64,000 nt of DNA from assembly GCA_963748215.1 (NCBI GenBank), contig CAVVHS010000005.1:160001-224000 (forward strand). Direction: 5' to 3'. Below, piece by piece: positions 1 to 10,100 of the stretch. The first letter of the stretch is position 1, and each line of letters begins with the position of its first letter. This stretch comes from an uncultured Gammaproteobacteria bacterium. GTDB taxonomy: Bacteria; Pseudomonadota; Gammaproteobacteria; UBA9214. The notes beneath the pieces are model-generated. The model saw only the letters and a program-made list of their open reading frames with translations, was not told the origin of the DNA and searched no databases. The translations under genes were made by a program, and so were the position numbers.

Positions 1-150
1 AGCAAACCATTGGTGTTCTCATTCGAACCCCGCTGCCAGGGGCTCTGGGGATCGCAGAAGTACACCTTGATATCCGTCGCCACGGTGGTGCGCTCGTGAT
101 CAGCCACTTCCTTGCCCCGGCCCCAGGTCAGTGACTTATAGAGTTCCCTT
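1..150 (-). pseudogene. IS30-family transposase fragment (DDE catalytic region)
   Basis: Minus strand reads RELYKSLTWGRGKEVADHERTTVATDIKVYFCDPQSPWQRGSNENTNGLL, matching IS30 motifs (TWDRGKE...YFCDPxSPWQRGxNENTNGLL); no N-terminal part upstream and the TWD aspartate is G. Confidence 0.85.
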
Positions 151-263
151 GTAACTTGTGGGCCTGCCTGATCAGGGTATTGATCACGGTAAGGTGTTGC
201 CGTTCCAGGAAAGAAATAGGCGGCCAAATGGCCGCCGAAGTTTTAAATAATTGCAGCATGTGA

Positions 264-413
264 CTACAGGGATTCTCTCACTAAACTGTAGTCACAGTCA
301 GGCTCGTCAATTGTACCTTTACCTTCGTCTTCTTTGGATTGCCCTGCATATATTGTTGTTGATAATGCAGAGATGAAAAATAATAAAACCACAAACAGTC
401 TTGACGTTTTCAT
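264..413 (-). CDS. 49-aa putative secreted microprotein (signal peptide + acidic EPDCD segment)
   Basis: Not in ORF track. AGGAGG Shine-Dalgarno 5 nt before ATG; MKTSRLFVVLLFFISALSTTIYA|GQSKEDEGKGTIDEPDCDYSLVRESL*. Confidence 0.65.
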   Translation of the reverse strand: MKTSRLFVVLLFFISALSTTIYAGQSKEDEGKGTIDEPDCDYSLVRESL

Positions 414-436
414 AACTACCTCCTGATCCCTGGTAT

Positions 437-1063
437 CTATTTCCGTGAATGATCAGATTTACCCGTAACTTGAACTTTACCTGATGCATTAATGGGAATT
501 AGATAGCCCTCGTGGTTAGGTTCTGGATTTACAGAGTTGACCTGCGGCATCAGGCTGGCAAGCATGGGGTCGTCAGCAACAACGAATGCAAAGTTCTCCC
601 ATTGCTCATCTGTGAAGGTTGTCATGACAAGACTCCTACACGATAGTTTTATCTCCAATACCTGGCGCTGTAATTCATGAATTTCCGACTGTAACGCAAG
701 CAGGTGATCTTTAGATGTGCTCGGTGATAATGATTCAATGCGAAATTGAACCATCTTTTCGATGATTCCATTCATTAGATTAACCATGTTTGTGTAGTTC
801 TCTTTTCGCCAGGCGCGGAAAGCATTAATCTGTTCATCAGTAAGCTGAAGAGTGTCCTGGTTGATCATGATGGTCGGAAGCAATGTCGGCATGAGTCCAG
901 AGCGTTCCAGGAGAACAACCTTCTCCGTGACTTCTTTCCAGTCCTCAGCAGACAAAGGGTGCTCACTGTTGTGCTTTGCCTGTACAGCAGCAACTAGAAG
1001 GAAAAATGCGATAAAGATAACAGTACAAGCGCTGACTGCAGTCTGTAGAAGTGATTTCTTCAC
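437..1063 (-). CDS. Exported helical protein, Spy/CpxP-like
   Basis: GTG start at 1063 with GGAGG; signal peptide; LQLTDEQ and FTDEQW motifs resemble LTxxQ repeats. Confidence 0.55.
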   Translation of the reverse strand: MKKSLLQTAVSACTVIFIAFFLLVAAVQAKHNSEHPLSAEDWKEVTEKVVLLERSGLMPTLLPTIMINQDTLQLTDEQINAFRAWRKENYTNMVNLMNGIIEKMVQFRIESLSPSTSKDHLLALQSEIHELQRQVLEIKLSCRSLVMTTFTDEQWENFAFVVADDPMLASLMPQVNSVNPEPNHEGYLIPINASGKVQVTGKSDHSRK

Positions 1064-1404
1064 GATAATACCTCCGTAGTTGCTCGTGTTTAAATTCCAG
1101 CTGTAAATGACTCCCTGTCGATCATTCAATTCATCTTTGATGCTTGGGTTCTTTACCGCTACTACTGGTCCGGTTTTCTATAGGAGCGATAAGAGAGGGG
1201 CAGTAGTAACAAGGTTAGCTTGTAAATATGATTAAACAAGGAAGTTATTTTTAAGTCGCGAGTAATAATATTTTGACATATACGGGGAAAAACCCGCATG
1301 AGTCAGACGTGTAGCACGAGCGGAGAATGTCTTAAAGGAGTCGGAACTAGACAATCTGTCTAATACATTTGTACTAGTTGATGCGTACTGCATTACTTCT
1401 GTGC

Positions 1405-1833
1405 GAATGTCTGCTTCGGGTCGGCTCGCGCCTTTTATCGTTACTCGACTTACAGCACCACTCTGCCTTATCTGAAGACTGGCCGTTGCATCCTGCCAGG
1501 CGTTGCCGCCAGGGTCTACTGTGCAGTTAGCTTCGACGGTGTTGCCACTAGCGCTGGCGCTGCCCGGGAACCTTCTGGGCATAGCGCCATCAATCACGAG
1601 TATTCGGGTTCAATGGCTGCTACTGTGTCTTCACACGCCATCAAATATTTTTGGCATGACCCTGTTTCAGCTTGCGCTTGTCCAAGATCGCTGTTGCATA
1701 CCGCCAAGTCTGCTTTGCACTGGGGAAGCCCGCTTTTCGGGGGCGTGGGAAATGACGGTTTGGCCCACGCGAAGCTTGCCACGAGCAAGCTGGCAGCTGT
1801 GATAGTACAGACCGATAATAGTTTGTTTTTCAT
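1405..1833 (-). pseudogene. Frameshifted and truncated secreted Cys-containing protein
   Basis: 79-aa ORF with signal peptide (1594-1833) continues in another frame (ILVIDGAMPRRFPG...VSRVTIKG) and runs into a CGACCCGAAGCAGACATTCG repeat near 1405-1424. Confidence 0.45.
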
Positions 1834-2193
1834 TGTTCACTCACCGCCATACATGCATCGTGACAGGGGAATATGAATAGTGGCGCGAAAACAGGAGCGC
1901 GGCGCGCAACAGCGTCCAATAGGTGTGATTTCTTCATGACGATTTCCCCCGTAAATCCATTATTTTTACAGCCAGAATATTATTTTCCTGGCTGATCGTG
2001 GCAGTGCTGTACAGCACTCACCGGAATTGATTTCTGCGGAAGCAAATAGAGAAAATAAAGCTAGCGCGTGAAGTGTTCGCAGCCTTGTCCGCCATGCGCA
2101 ACAAGACGGATAACAACGATGCCCGGGCTATCGCCCAGATCCGGCGCACTGGCTGGTACAGTCGAGCGCACATCAAGAGCATGGAAAGCCACT

Positions 2194-2520
2194 AAGCTTG
2201 CCGTAATCCTGCACAAGATGTGGGTCGATGGCACCGATTTTCAATACGGTTCTACGGACGCCGCATCATGAATAGCTGACGGCAATTCATAGTAAAACCC
2301 TGGCGGGAACGTCCCTCGTGTGGACGAATGTCTGGATGTAGCCGTAAATTGCAACTGCGTCTTAAGGCGCGACCAAAAGCATGGCTCTCCATTCTGTCCG
2401 ACTTATGCGTGCAGCGAGCCGAGATATCCATATGCAGTCGACTAATGTGCGGTGGACTTAATACGCAAGCACCTGCGTCTGCAAACGAACCGATCCTGGC
2501 AAAGCGGGTGCTGCTGTCCA
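2194..2520 (+). mobile_element. IS110-family remnant: transposase C-terminus plus downstream non-coding end
   Basis: KLAVILHKMWVDGTDFQYG* (2194-2271) matches the IS110 C-terminal RKLAVILHRMWxDGTxF pattern; followed by about 250 bp without a credible ORF. Right boundary approximate. Confidence 0.7.
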
Positions 2521-2621
2521 TGAGGTGAACTTCTTCCTTGGTGCTGTTCGGATCAGGCCTTACAAAACAGCTCAGCGTGTATGATACCCAGAGAACCGGT
2601 GTGTCAGTTCGCTCCCTGCAT

Positions 2622-3221
2622 TCATGGGCGGATGGTGCGGCGCTGGATACCGTCTACCGTGAAGCCCCAGATACCTGCTGCTTGTGCCCGCGCGATCTTT
2701 TCCAGTGCCTGGTATTCAAACGGTGCATCCGGCAGGGCCAGTGCCCAGCCTTGCTGGATGAGATAGGCCGCCAGGTCATCCCCTTCGGAAAAACTGGTAC
2801 GATTGGTGTAGCAGACTGCAGTAACACTACGGTCGCGATTGATATGCTTTTGCTTGCAGTGCACGAAGCCCTGGATCTTGAAATCGAGTGCGAGGGTTGC
2901 ACGCGATCCACAGACGGGAGGAGTGAAAAAGGTACGACAATGATTGCCGGTGGAGGGTATGTAGATACCATACAGCTGAACCTTGCGGTTACCCACCCGC
3001 AGTGAACCATCATCATAGACAGATGCATAACTGGTAAATTCACCGGCCGAGACGTTGGACATTGCTGAAATCATCATAGATGTCGCTACACAAATGAGAG
3101 CACTCCGCCAAGGTGTAAATCTGCGAATGATGTCGTGATAATGTACAGACCTTGCCGCAGTAGCCTCAAGCCGTGGGTACGGTCGTTGATCTGTGATTGC
3201 TTTCTGCAGGACTTGCTCCAT
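2622..3221 (-). CDS. Thermonuclease (SNase-like) family protein
   Basis: VYDDGSLRV...VQLYGI...DLAAYLIQQGWA...ARAQAAGIWG motifs; true start may be downstream. Confidence 0.75.
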   Translation of the reverse strand: MEQVLQKAITDQRPYPRLEATAARSVHYHDIIRRFTPWRSALICVATSMMISAMSNVSAGEFTSYASVYDDGSLRVGNRKVQLYGIYIPSTGNHCRTFFTPPVCGSRATLALDFKIQGFVHCKQKHINRDRSVTAVCYTNRTSFSEGDDLAAYLIQQGWALALPDAPFEYQALEKIARAQAAGIWGFTVDGIQRRTIRP

Positions 3222-3687
3222 GACAGTCTCCAGTGACCAGCTATTCGTACATCAAAATGAACAAGGACTTTCTGACGATTACCGGTAACCCTGATTTTGA
3301 CATTGAAATTCTGAACGGGTTCCAGTCAGGCACTTCTGTGTGTTGATTGCATTTTTGGCGGACTGCTTGTTCCTGATGCACCAGCTGCTCCCGACTTACT
3401 GCGCAGTGTGGAATTTTTCAACGCATTCCTGATGATAGAGCGGTTGTTTCAAATAGGTAGATTTCAGAAATGAAGTGGTTGTTTGTATAAACGGCGACTA
3501 AACGTTCGGAGTGGGTCGTTCTAAGTCATCCGAGTAATTAAATCAGGTATTCCCCTTGCTACTTCCGAGTACAGCTAATACCAGACATACAGCCATCTAG
3601 AATCCAGATCAATATAATAAAAGGCTGAAGAGTAAATGACGCAGTAAAAATAATCAGAGTCAATTACGTGGTTTTGGTTTTTCCTGG

Positions 3688-4329
3688 TTACTCTCCACAA
3701 TACATTTTGACTAATCGACGCTTTTTCTCGAGATCCTGCCGTACCGCATGTGCGCCCGGCTGCTCAAGCTCTTCCAGCTCTACTCTATGCTTGGCACAGT
3801 ATTCCGATCTGAGCCATTGCGTGCGCGCGAGCTCCTGCTCTTTTACATCACCTGGATGTTTGCAATTCGCTGCCTCTTTTTCAAGTACCTGCTCGATTGC
3901 AGAGGCGCGCAGTGCGTCGTCGAGATACTCGCGTTTGCCTTGATATGTGTCATATTTCCACTTGACGCGAAACTTGCCCTGCTCATCACGGTAAGCAGGT
4001 AGCTGCATCTCCTGAAGAACAGCGAGTTGCAGTCCTGCTTCAAGACAATGCTGTTCTTGAACTAACCGATTTTCATTCTCGGATTGTTCCACAGCTTCTT
4101 TCGCAGGCTCTTCAAGAGAACGCTGTTTCAACCTTTCTGTTTCCTCAATCGCATTATTCACCTCTACGGGGGATAGGCCTGGCTCCACATCGACTTCTCT
4201 TGTTGTGTGCTTATCGGCAGGGTTATCTGAATAATGGACACGCCCTTCCTCATCCAGCCATTTGTAAATTGCACCGAGTGATATTCCAGCAATTGCCATG
4301 ATGCAGATGATAAATATGACTTTCTTCAT
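3688..4329 (-). CDS. DUF4124 domain protein
   Basis: Signal peptide followed by IYKWLDEEGRVHYSDNP. Confidence 0.85.
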   Translation of the reverse strand: MKKVIFIICIMAIAGISLGAIYKWLDEEGRVHYSDNPADKHTTREVDVEPGLSPVEVNNAIEETERLKQRSLEEPAKEAVEQSENENRLVQEQHCLEAGLQLAVLQEMQLPAYRDEQGKFRVKWKYDTYQGKREYLDDALRASAIEQVLEKEAANCKHPGDVKEQELARTQWLRSEYCAKHRVELEELEQPGAHAVRQDLEKKRRLVKMYCGE

Positions 4330-4804
4330 ATGGCCATCTCGGCAATAACTTTAGCAGGCATTAACGAACCATTTAGCTTGCATATCGAGCTGGCGTGGGA
4401 TTGAAACCTTGTTTTGAGTCGCACGATAACACTCTACTGATTCAGGTTCGAATCATCATCTAATGTTGCATTTGGGTTGCCAGTTCAACCGATCCGAAGA
4501 GAAAGCTGGCTAAACATACTGAACCGGCCACAACTTGCCCTTCCCGGATTGACCCGCGAAGGGTAACCATGCACGCAGAAACAGACATCAGAAATGTCAA
4601 ACATCAACGGTTGGTGAAAGGGGTGCACATATTTGCTTTGGATTAATTTGCGAAACATCTGCAATCCGCCGAATGCACCGGTCAGGCACATTCTGATACA
4701 TCGTCAATCGAACAGTTCCATAAGCTTATACTCGTACGTCTTGCAGCAGTGGCTTCGCCCCGTTTGATCTGGCCAGCCCCCTCAACCACTCTTTACCGAT
4801 CAGC

Positions 4805-6301
4805 CTACTTTAGTAGCATTTGTATATGAAATGTAGTGCCCACATTGATATCGGAGGTCACCGCCATATGCCCCTGATGCTGCTCGGTAATAATAAAGTA
4901 CGCAAATGACAGTCGCTTGCCTGCATCGTAACCGACTTCAGGTGTATCTTTTCTGACGAACGGTTCGAACAAATACGATTGCTCTTCATTAGTTAATCCA
5001 ACACCGTTATGCTGGATTCTTATCCAGAAACTGCCATAACTTACATTCATTTGAATCTTGATGATTGGCTTATGATCGGGGTCATTCACCCGGCCGAGAG
5101 CATCATAGGCATGACGAAACAAACTGAGAAAAGCCTGCTGCAACTCAGTCACATAACAGGGTATCAATGGCATATCTTTTTCATAGTTTCTTTCGATCTG
5201 TATGTCTATGAACTTGAGTCTCGACGGATCCGATAACACGTCACCAGCCAATTCCAGGGTATGCTCCATAACGTCGACGATATTGGAAAGTTGTTTTCTG
5301 TCACTGCGCCCGCGGGCGAATTCCTGCAAATTATGGACAATTGATGCCACTTTTTCGCCTTTCTCATAGGCGTGTGATAACAAACTATCGAGCTTTTCAG
5401 GCACACCATTGCTCTTGATTTCATTCGTATACTGTCTGCTGTCAGAAAGTAAATACTGAAAGCTTCTCAAGTCTAATAGAATTGACTGGAGCGGCATGTT
5501 GATATCATGGGCCATTGACGACGCCAGTTCACCCATGGATGTAATTTTGTCATTTTGAATCAGCATGTTTTCGGCGAGTATTTTCTTGGTCACGTCATCA
5601 ATCAGGATTACTACACCGGTTTCAGCCTGGTCCTGAAGTGGATAGATGGTGATATCAAAATAGTATTGACCGCGCTGACTGTGTTTGATGGTGATTGTTT
5701 CAACCTTTTCCATAGCTTCGCTAACCTGACCGGGCGACACAGTAATTATCGGGTAGGCATCCCACAGATTTTTATCCAGAACATCTTCTGCTTTTAAGCC
5801 GGTAATATCTTCAGCCCGCTTGTTCCACTGGGTGATCTGTCCATCCTTATTTACGCCAACCAGCATCAGCGGCATGGATCTCAGAATATCCTTTATATAA
5901 GACTCTGAAGCACGCAGTCTGGATGCAGTACTCACGTGCTTGGCTATCTCATTTTCGAGCAGTTTATTGGTTTTTTTCAGTAAACGATTTGACTCATCCA
6001 GCGTGGCTGTGCGTTCCTGCACACGCAACTCAAGTCCATTACGAATCTCCTTCAGTTCCTGATTGGATTTACGGACTTTCCGCCGCGTGAAGAAAAGATT
6101 TATAACTACTATCGTCAATAAAAGGATCAAAATAGAGCCGGACCAGTTGGCGACATGCTGCCAGTTTGTTGAACCATCCGGATACTTGAATTGCATTTTC
6201 AAGCCAGCATATAAAGGCTGGCTTTGCAGAAATATCGATATAAACAAGAGGTATCTCATCATTTTTAGCAACAGCATCTTCTTGCCCGATAACAGCCGCA
6301 C
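4805..6301 (-). CDS. Membrane PAS-domain histidine-kinase-like protein with degenerate ATP-binding boxes
   Basis: TM segment, coiled coil (LELRVQERT), PAS (WNKRAEDITG), H-box AHDINMPL, HATPase-like C-terminus. Confidence 0.85.
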   Translation of the reverse strand: MRLLSGKKMLLLKMMRYLLFISIFLQSQPLYAGLKMQFKYPDGSTNWQHVANWSGSILILLLTIVVINLFFTRRKVRKSNQELKEIRNGLELRVQERTATLDESNRLLKKTNKLLENEIAKHVSTASRLRASESYIKDILRSMPLMLVGVNKDGQITQWNKRAEDITGLKAEDVLDKNLWDAYPIITVSPGQVSEAMEKVETITIKHSQRGQYYFDITIYPLQDQAETGVVILIDDVTKKILAENMLIQNDKITSMGELASSMAHDINMPLQSILLDLRSFQYLLSDSRQYTNEIKSNGVPEKLDSLLSHAYEKGEKVASIVHNLQEFARGRSDRKQLSNIVDVMEHTLELAGDVLSDPSRLKFIDIQIERNYEKDMPLIPCYVTELQQAFLSLFRHAYDALGRVNDPDHKPIIKIQMNVSYGSFWIRIQHNGVGLTNEEQSYLFEPFVRKDTPEVGYDAGKRLSFAYFIITEQHQGHMAVTSDINVGTTFHIQMLLK

Positions 6302-6467
6302 AGGTATTCATGGATTGATAGAATCTTTCCCGCAACTTGAAAATAACCCAATAAACTGATTAGCGCTATCCAGTGATTCAGGCCGCGGTCCCCGAAGTAG
6401 TGAAATAGCCTTCTAACTGACCATAATTGTTAAATCCCGACAGATCTACAAACAAGAAATAATACAG

Positions 6468-6821
6468 GGAAACTCTGATTCATCCGTCATTCCGGGCGAA
6501 CCCCGGACCTGATCCGGGGGGGGAAGCCCGGAATCCAGGTGTCACAGTTAAGGCCGTTACTGGATTCCGGCCTCGGCTTTTGGCTTCCTGCGACGCTCTC
6601 GGCTCTGGCATGGCCCAGGCCAGTCTCTCGATCGCTGCGCGATCTCACCTTCTCCTGTTTCGCCCTACCGAGTCCATCCATGGACTACTACCTCCTCGGT
6701 TACTGCTCCATGCGTCGCCTGGTGGCGCGTACTTTTGGTACTCTACCTCCTACATCCATGTAATCGTGCCTCCATGCAATCGTGCGCCGGAATGACGAGC
6801 ATTGAGTTAATCAGAGCCTCC
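6468..6821. mobile_element. TIR-bounded MITE containing a GTCATTCCGG-type REP pair with nested mini-insertions
   Basis: Ends GGAAACTCTGATT / AATCAGAGCCTCC; internal GTCATTCCGG..GGAATCCAG and CTGGATTCCGG..CCGGAATGAC, the second split by about 210 bp. Confidence 0.7.
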
Positions 6822-6914
6822 ACCGGTTATAAGGTAGCAGTTTCCTGCCTGCATCGGTTCTTTGTGTTGTAAACAGGAAATGCCTCTCGGCCTTTGTTCC
6901 ATTATCGACAAGCA

Positions 6915-7048
6915 AGGCAATCTCGCCATGACGGAATCAGTCAGCTGGAGATTGTTTCGTGACTGCGCTCCTCGGTAACTGCTCCATGCGTTTCTCTACC
7001 TCCTACATCCCTGTAGTCGTCGCAATGCCGACTTAATCAGAGGTTCCT
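6915..7048. repeat. GAGATTGCTTCG-type REP remnant interrupted by a 48-bp mini-element, ending in the same TIR
   Basis: GAGATTGTTTCGTGACTGCGCTCCT[CGGTAACTGCTCC...GTAGTCGT]CGCAATG...TTAATCAGAGGTTCC. Confidence 0.6.
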
Positions 7049-7139
7049 GAAAAGTATTTATCAACGTTACCGGTTTGAAATGGACACAAGCTTTCCGCTC
7101 CGGCTGGTGCTGCCTGCGGCGGTGAATCCTGAAAACCTC

Positions 7140-10100
7140 CTACTTGCGCCGTTCGATTTCATAGATCAGGTCCGCAGCGGATTCCAGCGCCGAGGCCGAG
7201 CCGACCAGCTTCCAGCGGCTCGACAGGGCATAGCGCAGACTCAGCGTCGAGACCGGTTCGAACAGGCCAATGCCGTAGCTGACGAACAGTTCCGGTGTCA
7301 GGTACTTGCCGACCAGCAGCGAGGCCTGGGTCACGCCTTCGCCGGGATTGCTGCCGAGCGTTACCTCGTCGAACCCCAGCTCCTCACCCAGCTTCTTGCC
7401 GATCGACTCGCCGCCACTCATTCCCAGCATCAATGCCGCCGTCTGCATGGCGGAACGCTGGCTGTCGGAGGCCCCGCCCTGCAGCGGCCGCCCCAGCACC
7501 AGCCAGGACAGTTGCTGGGACTGCGGCATGGCTGGCTCGGAGAACACCGTGAATTTGGGCGCACGCAACTGGCCGCGCGCCCGGACGCCGACCAGCACGT
7601 CGGGCGCGGGCTTGCGCACGGCCTCGATGTCCAGCCCCGGCTCTGTCACCGCTCCACCCGAAAACAACAGGCGGCCGGTGCGGATAGCCAGCTGCTGGCC
7701 ATAGGCCTCGTAGCGCCCGTCGCTGATCGACAGTTCGCCGCTGGCCGTGGCCGGCTGCACGGGCAGATCGATCACCTGCACGTCGCCGTGCAACTTGCCG
7801 CTCAGCCCGAGGCCTTCGATGTCGACGGCGTCTCCCAGCACGATGCGCACGCGGGCGGTGACGGGATAACGCGCCTGTGTTGCGTCCTGCCCGCCCTCCT
7901 CGACAATCACCTGGTCGGGTGACACGCCGACCGCCGAGGGCGGCGGACTGCGCGGTCGCAACTGCGCGCTCGGGATATCGATGCGGCCGGTGATACTGGC
8001 CTGCTCACTGTCCACGGCCAGCTGCAGATCGGGTGTGGTGAAGACCCTGGCCTCCGGCGTGTTCACGACCTGGAATTTCTCGCCGCGCACGGCCAGGGTC
8101 GCCGTACGCTCGACGGGATTGGCGAAACCGTCGATCTGCAGGGTACCGCCGCCGGAACGCGCCGACGCCGTGATGCGGATATCGCCGGCCGGCTGTCCGG
8201 CAAGCTCGACACCCACATCCTGCAGCTCCAGACCCGGCGTTACCAGGGCCGCCGCCCCCTCGCTCAGCGCCAGCCGGCCCTGCAGGCGCGGCGCCGCCGG
8301 CGTCCCTTCGATCTGCATGCGACCGTCGATGCGCCCGTGCAGCTCCCTCACCTCGGGGGTCCAGCGCGACAGCAGGCCGATATCCGGCCAGTCGAGCGAC
8401 AGCTCGCCCAGCAAGCTGCCCTGCAGCCAGCCACCGGCGGCGGGTATCGCCAGGTCGGCGCTGGCATGCACGCCGCCCGGGCTGTCCGCCAACGGCAGGT
8501 CGACCGACAATGTCGCCTTGTTGCGCGCCAGGCTGAATGCCGCCCGGGCGGGCGCGAAGCTGAACTGTTGTTCCTGGCCGGCCTCATCCTGCGGCAGGTC
8601 GAGCTGTATCGGCGTGCTGTCGAGCTGCATCGCAAGCGTTGTGGACTGTCCGGCCAGCCTGCCGAACTCGCCACGCCCGCTCAGGTCACCCTGCAGCTTG
8701 ACGCGCTCGGGTAACAGCCCGGAAAAGTAAGCCAGCGGCAGCGCGGCCAGCGTGAAGTCGCCGGCAAATTCCTGCGCACCGCCCTCGAAGCGACCGCAGG
8801 CGCGTGCCTGCGTACTGCTCCAGCAATGTTCCGGCAGCCGCAGGCGGGTACCCGACAGCTCGCCGGCTACCGGCTGCACCAGCTGCCAGGGCGCCAGCGG
8901 CGACCGGGCCAGGACGGCGTGCCGCAGGTCGAACTGCCAGGCCGCGCCATCCCAGCGGCCGTTCACATCGATCTCTGCATTGCCCTGGTCAGTCTCTGCC
9001 GCCAGGCTGACGTGGTGTTGCGCGGTCGTGCCCTCGCCCGTCACGCTCGCCTTCATGACCACCACGCCGGGCACCCGCACATCGGCGAGCGTTGCCTTGA
9101 GCCGGGATGGCTGGCCGGCAGCCAGGTTGAGCACGCCGTCGACATCGAGCACGCCCAGCCGGTAGTCCTGAAACGCGAGCCCGGCGCCGCTGGCACGGAC
9201 GTTGAGCGCCGGTTCCGGCAGCTTGCCCTTGAGCGTGCCGCCGCCGTCAAGGCGGCCACTGGCCTGCGGTACGAGATCGCCCAGGCGCGGCGCGCTGATA
9301 CGCCATTCGAGGTCAAAGAGGCTGCCGACCTGACCACTCGCCTCGATGTGCGACTTGCCCCCTGACAGGCGCGCCTGTTCGATCTGCCAGCTGTCCGGCG
9401 TCGCACCACTGCGAGCACGCAGCAACAGGTCGCCCGCCAGTACCTCGAGCACCTTCAGGTCACCCGAGGCATCGAGCCGGTACGCATCCGCTGTGCCCGC
9501 CAGAGTGAAACGGCCCTGCTGGCTGGCATATTCCGGCGTCCCCGTCAGCGGCCAGGCCAGCGCCTGCCACTGCGCCTCGAAATCGAACACCGGCTGCGCA
9601 CCGAAGCCGATGCGGCCCTGCGCGTCCAGCCGGGTCGGTTGCTCTTGCGCGGCCAGTTGCAGCCTGTCGACCTGCAATGCATCCGGCAGCAGCTGGCCCG
9701 CGAATACCAGCTGCAGCGCGCCGGCCAGCGGGTCCTGCACGTCCAGCGCGCCGTCGAGCTGCAGCGCATCGGTCGGACCCTGCGCGGTGAGCGTACCCGC
9801 CAGGCGCATGCCGGGCCACGCCGCGTTGATGGCCGCCAGGTCGCTGTCCTGCAGGGTGGCAGTGGCGTCGAGCCGCAGCACGTCCAGCGGCTCGTGCAGC
9901 GTCAGGTCGAGCAGCAACGCATAGGGGGCGGCGGCCGTCAGCTCGACATGCAGCGCGCGCAGACTGCCGGAGACAGCGGCCTGCGCGGCAAGCGGTGCGT
10001 AATCCGGCAACTCGGCCTGCCAGCTCACCTCTCCCGAGACCGGGAAATCATCCTGCGTCTGCAGTCCCAGTGCGCCGTCAACGGCAACCGCGGCATGTCG

